64,000 bases of DNA from Microgenomates group bacterium Gr01-1014_16 (GTDB lineage Bacteria > Patescibacteriota > Microgenomatia > CAZETR01 > Amesbacteraceae), in NCBI GenBank assembly GCA_007376345.1, contig VMGA01000001.1:61747-125746 (forward strand), in the 5' to 3' direction. The notes under the pieces are model-generated. The model was not told the origin of the DNA and made no database searches. It saw nothing but the letters and a program-made list of their open reading frames with translations. Every line of letters starts with the position of its first letter. The stretch's first letter is position 1. The position numbers and the translations under genes were made by a program. Positions 59,531 to 64,000 of the stretch are shown here, piece by piece.

Positions 59531-61027
59531 CTAGTTGCGGCGGGTACGATTCTGGACGGTAATTTCACCGAATTGTTTTTGATGGTTGAAAGTGGAGAAA
59601 TACTTTTCTTTGTCCAAAACTTTATCGATTATGTCTGTAGGAATCCCTTGGGGGGGCTCGATAATGACGAATACCTGGCGGGTGGACAAGGAAAGGGAAA
59701 GATTGTTTCCGGGTTGGTCAATTTGATTTTCGCCATGCCAATACGGCAAATAACCGTATTTGGATTTACCGTACCAGTTGAATAAATACGACCAGGTGGT
59801 ATTGATGTAGAGCGGTGAGGTAACGGAGTTAAAAGTAAAAGGCTCTCCTTTGGCTTCGGTGTACATAAAATCAATGGCGTCCAGCTCGTGGCGCAGGGTC
59901 ATGGTTTTTTGGATGGCAAATTCAGTCAGACCTTGGGAATTTTGTTTTTTGATATACGTTAGGTTGGATAAAACTATGAGAAAAATCAGAATAGCTTTTA
60001 GACTCTGTGACTTGACCCGGGAAATAAAATAGACAACAAATATAATTACCAGTAACCCTAATCCGGCATGGATGTAGGGAGTGCTGATGCCCCCGACTAT
60101 TAATGCTGGAGCAAAAGATATTAAACCAAATGAAAAGATTGCCCACCAATCCGCACGTGGTTTGGTAAAGATATAAGCGGCAATGAAGCCTATCATGGCA
60201 ATAGTGGGGTGTGTGGGAAAAGAGTTGAGGCTGATGAGACGTTTGAATTGAAATAAAGCTGAATCAAAAATTGTTAAATAATTTACGTTAAGTCGGGAAT
60301 AAGTTGAATGATTGAATATTAAGTTGGCTGGGCCGTTTCGGCTGGGAAAGCCAAACTTTATTTCTGAAACTAACATCGACGAGGTTGTAACTGTAACTGT
60401 AAACAGTAACAGGAAAAATATTTTTCCGGATAGATTCAGTTTTTTAAGCAAAATTAGAACAAAGATGACGAGGGAGTGATAGATAAAAATAAAATTTGAT
60501 TGGAAACTAAGACCTAAACCAATACCAGCAAGCAGAACACCGTGGGGTTTGCGATTTTGCCATTGCCAAAGGCCGAAATATAAAACCGGGACAAAGAGGA
60601 CGGCTAAGGCTGGATTGGATAAATAGATGGCGTATTGAGTTTGTTCGTAAGAGACGGCAGTTAGGAGCGAGGTTAACGTGGCTAGCGGCTTAGACTTGAA
60701 AAGCCGGAGGCCGATAAAATACGCCAGAAATATGGCGAATGAATTAATAAAAGACAGCCAAACAGCAGCGATTATTGGACTCCCCCGCCCCAGCCAATAA
60801 CCCGGAGCAGAGACATAGTAATATAGAACGCCGTGGAAAAAATCCCGGGTGGAAGTGGGTGGACCCTGGATTTTGATATCGCCGTGGAGAAGCTCTTGAA
60901 TGGTGTATGCGTCGCGAGCCTGATCGTAACTAAACATTAAATTTCCCTGCGGCAAATACCGGATTCTGATAAAAAAACCCAAAATAAAGATGACAAAAAC
61001 CAGCCAATGTTTCCTAAGAACGTTCAT
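59531..61027 (-). CDS. GT-C glycosyltransferase, PMT/ArnT-like
   Basis: YDQARD, QGPPTS..FFHGVLYYY..P, SNP; many TM segments. Confidence 0.82.
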   Translation of the reverse strand: MNVLRKHWLVFVIFILGFFIRIRYLPQGNLMFSYDQARDAYTIQELLHGDIKIQGPPTSTRDFFHGVLYYYVSAPGYWLGRGSPIIAAVWLSFINSFAIFLAYFIGLRLFKSKPLATLTSLLTAVSYEQTQYAIYLSNPALAVLFVPVLYFGLWQWQNRKPHGVLLAGIGLGLSFQSNFIFIYHSLVIFVLILLKKLNLSGKIFFLLLFTVTVTTSSMLVSEIKFGFPSRNGPANLIFNHSTYSRLNVNYLTIFDSALFQFKRLISLNSFPTHPTIAMIGFIAAYIFTKPRADWWAIFSFGLISFAPALIVGGISTPYIHAGLGLLVIIFVVYFISRVKSQSLKAILIFLIVLSNLTYIKKQNSQGLTEFAIQKTMTLRHELDAIDFMYTEAKGEPFTFNSVTSPLYINTTWSYLFNWYGKSKYGYLPYWHGENQIDQPGNNLSLSLSTRQVFVIIEPPQGIPTDIIDKVLDKEKYFSTFNHQKQFGEITVQNRTRRN

Positions 61028-62168
61028 GGGAAAGAAGCATCATTAACCCTAAACTGGTGCCGGCCAAAGCGGCTCTGACAAGTGAAACGTTGGCATCGGT
61101 TAACCAACCGCGGAGAGATAAATTTAGGCCAAACAGGCCGAAGTTGAGAGATGAGTCGAATGAAAAAATGATGAGTAGGTGACAAAGTAACAGAGTGACA
61201 AGAAGGGGCGGGGATTTGCGGACGTGGATAAAAGTAAGAATTAAAAACGGCGTGATCCAGGTAAACCACTGGGGATGAAAATGGGTAAGAGAATAAAAGA
61301 GCAAAAGAACAGACATGGGCCAAGCCCAATCGGGAAGAAGTTTCGGACGGAAATAATTGAGCCAAAATAGCAGGACGAGGCCGACGAAGAAGAGAGGTAA
61401 GTATTGGGATCCGGAAACGGCGATTTTGGCGTAGGAAATTTTGTCGGTTTGGCTAGCAAGTAACGCGTATTGTCTGAATCCAATTGACGGTAAATAGGGC
61501 AAGATCAATAGTCCGTAAGTAAGTAGACCAGTAGTTATGTTTTTGAGTTTAGAACCGGGAATGAAAGGGAGGAAAAAAATGGGAAAAGGTTTGAACCCGG
61601 CGGCAATTCCTATAAAAACCGGCGCCAGTTGGGGTCGCAGCAAAGCAAGTAGTATAAACAGGGCAATAAAGATGTCGAATTGGGCCAACATATAGGCGCT
61701 GTAGAGAGTAAGGGGGTTAAAAATCCATAGAATTGATCCGAGAAAACGGTGCTTTGGCTCCAAAAGACGATAGATAACTAAAAGGCCAACGAAGTCGGCT
61801 ACTAAATAGGGAAACTTGAGGAGAAACAGGAGCCAGGACAGTTGGGGATGGCCGGCAGTTTGCCCGATGTCGAGAATAAGAGTGTGAAAAAGTTGTTGGG
61901 GATAAACGGGGTAGAGAAAAAAATTAAATATGGCGTGGGTCAAGTAGGCTAAAGGGGGATAGGCAAATATGTCGTCACGGTAAAGCACGACCCAAGGATC
62001 TGTACGGGGCTGTAACCGCAGGTAATCATATAAAGATAAGATTTGACCTTTCTGGGCGATAAGATAAGCGGCCAGGTTGTGGCCGCGGATATCCGGATGG
62101 ACGGTATACATCATCAAACCCAATCTAATTGCTAAACCGATGAGTAGCCAGGGAAGAAGTTTCTTCAT
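61014..62168 (-). CDS. GT-C glycosyltransferase (GT87/PIG-M-like)
   Basis: HPD, YPPLAY, LKFPYLVAD, WIFNP, AQFD, KPFP, HPQWFTW motifs. Confidence 0.75.
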   Translation of the reverse strand: MKKLLPWLLIGLAIRLGLMMYTVHPDIRGHNLAAYLIAQKGQILSLYDYLRLQPRTDPWVVLYRDDIFAYPPLAYLTHAIFNFFLYPVYPQQLFHTLILDIGQTAGHPQLSWLLFLLKFPYLVADFVGLLVIYRLLEPKHRFLGSILWIFNPLTLYSAYMLAQFDIFIALFILLALLRPQLAPVFIGIAAGFKPFPIFFLPFIPGSKLKNITTGLLTYGLLILPYLPSIGFRQYALLASQTDKISYAKIAVSGSQYLPLFFVGLVLLFWLNYFRPKLLPDWAWPMSVLLLFYSLTHFHPQWFTWITPFLILTFIHVRKSPPLLVTLLLCHLLIIFSFDSSLNFGLFGLNLSLRGWLTDANVSLVRAALAGTSLGLMMLLSHERS

Positions 62169-63211
62169 ATCAGCATTAAGAACCTGCGGTTAAATTCGCT
62201 TATGTCAAATATTTTACTCTTGGTAATGGCCGCACTGGAAATAGTTGTTAGTTGTTGGCCCTGCCTGCCGGCAGGCAGGTTGTCAGTTGTTAGTTCTATT
62301 GTAATTTTTTCTAGTTCTTCCGGAGAATTCCACAAATACCCATTGGTTTTGTCATCTACAATCTCTTTGTGGCCGCCGAGATTAGTGATAATGGGCACTG
62401 CTCCGGCGGACATGGCTTCGACAACAGTAATTCCGAAGTGTTCGGTTTGAATCGCTTTGTCCGCTGAATAACCGCTGGCTGACCAAAATATTTTTCCTAT
62501 GGCGCACAAATTCTGTATTTGGGAAAAAGAGGGATTGATAACAAACTCGATATTTGATCCGTCTGAAAGTTTTTTGAGATGTTGTATATCCTTTTCCGTC
62601 GATCCCACGCCCATGCCCCCGGCTAAAATTAATTTCCAGCCTTTTAATTTAAGTTTTTTGAATGACTTAATTAGTTGGTCGTGCCCTTTCCGCTGAGTGA
62701 GATTAGAAAATCGTCCAATGTAGAAAATCAGGTTTTCTTTTTTTCCTGCCGTAAATTTTGATGTATCAATAGGGGGATAAATTACGGAACTGTTTATATT
62801 GAATTCTTTGTCGACAGTTTTTTTTGTAAATTCTGAATTGGAAACAAATTTATAAAACCTGGATTTAATAAAGTTTAAAGTTGATCTTCCTCCGATGTCT
62901 TTAAATGGCATTTGGAAATGAACTATCGTGTTGCGAGCGAAAGATGTGGGAAGGGAACCGTCGGAAAGCCAAAAGATGAGTTGATAGTTGTGGGTTGTGA
63001 GCTGTGGGACATAATTTGCGAGGGAAATATCAATTCCGAAGCGGTCGAGGATTTGAGAAGAAATGTTTTTGGGCCAAGTGATATCTACCTGCCACCCCTC
63101 ATCAAGCAAAAGCTTAACAAATGAGGCGGTATAGCGCTCCCCTCCTCCCAACGAGTCCCAATATGGATTATGAATTCCTGCCCGCCTACCGGCGGGTAAA
63201 CCCTTTTTCAT
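62165..63211 (-). CDS. Glycosyltransferase family 4 (ALG11-like)
   Basis: LGGGERY, NSEFT, IYPP, IGRF, EHFGITVVEAMSAGAVP motifs. Confidence 0.92.
   Translation of the reverse strand: MKKGLPAGRRAGIHNPYWDSLGGGERYTASFVKLLLDEGWQVDITWPKNISSQILDRFGIDISLANYVPQLTTHNYQLIFWLSDGSLPTSFARNTIVHFQMPFKDIGGRSTLNFIKSRFYKFVSNSEFTKKTVDKEFNINSSVIYPPIDTSKFTAGKKENLIFYIGRFSNLTQRKGHDQLIKSFKKLKLKGWKLILAGGMGVGSTEKDIQHLKKLSDGSNIEFVINPSFSQIQNLCAIGKIFWSASGYSADKAIQTEHFGITVVEAMSAGAVPIITNLGGHKEIVDDKTNGYLWNSPEELEKITIELTTDNLPAGRQGQQLTTISSAAITKSKIFDISEFNRRFLMLI
62242..62297. repeat. Perfect 20-bp palindrome CCTGCCTGCCGGCAGGCAGG (62260-62279) embedded in a TAGTTGT heptamer tract
   Basis: Read directly; encodes LTTDNLPAGRQGQQLTT. 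A degenerate second copy lies at about 63177-63198 (GLPAGRRAG). Confidence 0.85.
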
Positions 63212-63938
63212 GCTGCATTTCCCATAAACGCGCGTAAATAACGAACATGTTGAAGATTTGGAATATACCGTCGATCACACCCCTCGGGCCGTCGCGCCAA
63301 GCTTGAAGTTTGACAAAGCGCAGCCAGAATTCGGTGGCCATGACGCGAAGAAATCTCCACCAAACAATTGGTGGATGATTGACTTCTACTCTTAACTTGG
63401 CTTCGTATTCAATAAAATCCAACGTCTTTTCCAGCATGGATGAGAGATCACGATGAGAATGGTGAATTAGTTCATGGTTCATGGTTCGTAGTTGCCCGTC
63501 AAAAATAGGTTGCTCATGAAGCTCGCCTTGATATTCTTTAAGAAACTTTTTGTAAAAAAGTCTGATAACTTTGTCGTTACCCCAGCCGCCGAAACGCATT
63601 TCCTTGCCTAAATAAATATTTTTTCTAGGAATCTGATAAACGCCGGGCACGGTGGTATTTTTTATTTCTAACCGCAGTTGTGGAGATACACGTTCGTCGG
63701 CATCGACATATAAAATCCAGTCACCTGTGGCGGCTTTGAGGCCCGCATTGCGAAATTCGGAGTAATTTGTGCTTTTAGTTTTGATTATTTTGGCGCCAAA
63801 CGACTTGGCAATTTCATTAGTTTTATCGGTATTACCCGAATCAACCACAATAATTTCATCCGCTAGGTCCTTCACGGAAATTAAACAATCCCCAATCATT
63901 TCTTCTTCATTTTTGGTAATAATAATGACGCTAAGCAT
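63186..63938 (-). CDS. Glycosyltransferase family 2 (WaaE/KdtX-like)
   Basis: IITKNEE, VDSGNTD, WILYVDADER, LHE motifs. In-frame heptamer tract at 63468-63494 (QLRTMNHEL). Confidence 0.92.
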   Translation of the reverse strand: MLSVIIITKNEEEMIGDCLISVKDLADEIIVVDSGNTDKTNEIAKSFGAKIIKTKSTNYSEFRNAGLKAATGDWILYVDADERVSPQLRLEIKNTTVPGVYQIPRKNIYLGKEMRFGGWGNDKVIRLFYKKFLKEYQGELHEQPIFDGQLRTMNHELIHHSHRDLSSMLEKTLDFIEYEAKLRVEVNHPPIVWWRFLRVMATEFWLRFVKLQAWRDGPRGVIDGIFQIFNMFVIYARLWEMQHEKGFTRR

Positions 63939-64000
63939 ATGAGCCCTTGCCGAAGTTCATGAGATAAAAGTCCAGGACTCCGCGGCGCTGCCAGGGGCGG
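63931..64000 (-). CDS. 3' end of an upstream CDS (probably a GT2), truncated by the window edge
   Basis: Frame reads RPWQRRGVLDFYLMNFGKGSYA*, and the stop overlaps the start of 63186..63938. Confidence 0.5.
   Translation of the reverse strand, partial: RPWQRRGVLDFYLMNFGKGSYA

Overview
This is a densely packed 64-kb surface-glycosylation region, mostly on the minus strand. It holds about 55 CDSs: GT2, GT4 and GT9 glycosyltransferases, about 13 polytopic GT-C-like (PMT/ArnT, PIG-V, GT87-like) enzymes, nucleotide-sugar enzymes (split HldE and GmhA heptose genes, Gmd, Fcl, GME-, Tyv- and RmlD-like SDRs, a DegT aminotransferase), methyltransferases, GtrA and DedA flippases, and AsnB. Gene content, overlapping start/stop codons, TGA used as stop and leaderless TANNNT promoters suggest a Patescibacteria (CPR, probably Microgenomates) chromosome; this taxonomy is inference. 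I saw no rRNA, tRNA, CRISPR, transposase or integrase. The strongest unexplained signal is six copies of a 30-bp 12-6-12 quasi-palindrome, TAAYTACMATAC-TAC(AG/CT)A-GTATK(GT/AG)AAWTA. It sits only at the 3' ends of non-glycosyltransferase cargo genes (NUDIX, split PEP-dependent phosphotransferase, HExxH protein, DedA). At three of four stop-side junctions the site begins with the cargo gene's TAA stop codon, and the next ATG follows after 7-8 nt. This geometry suggests a recombinase-site-delimited gene-cassette system. A second layer is many in-frame 7-bp-period tracts and short REP-like palindromes inside coding sequences between 39 and 64 kb.
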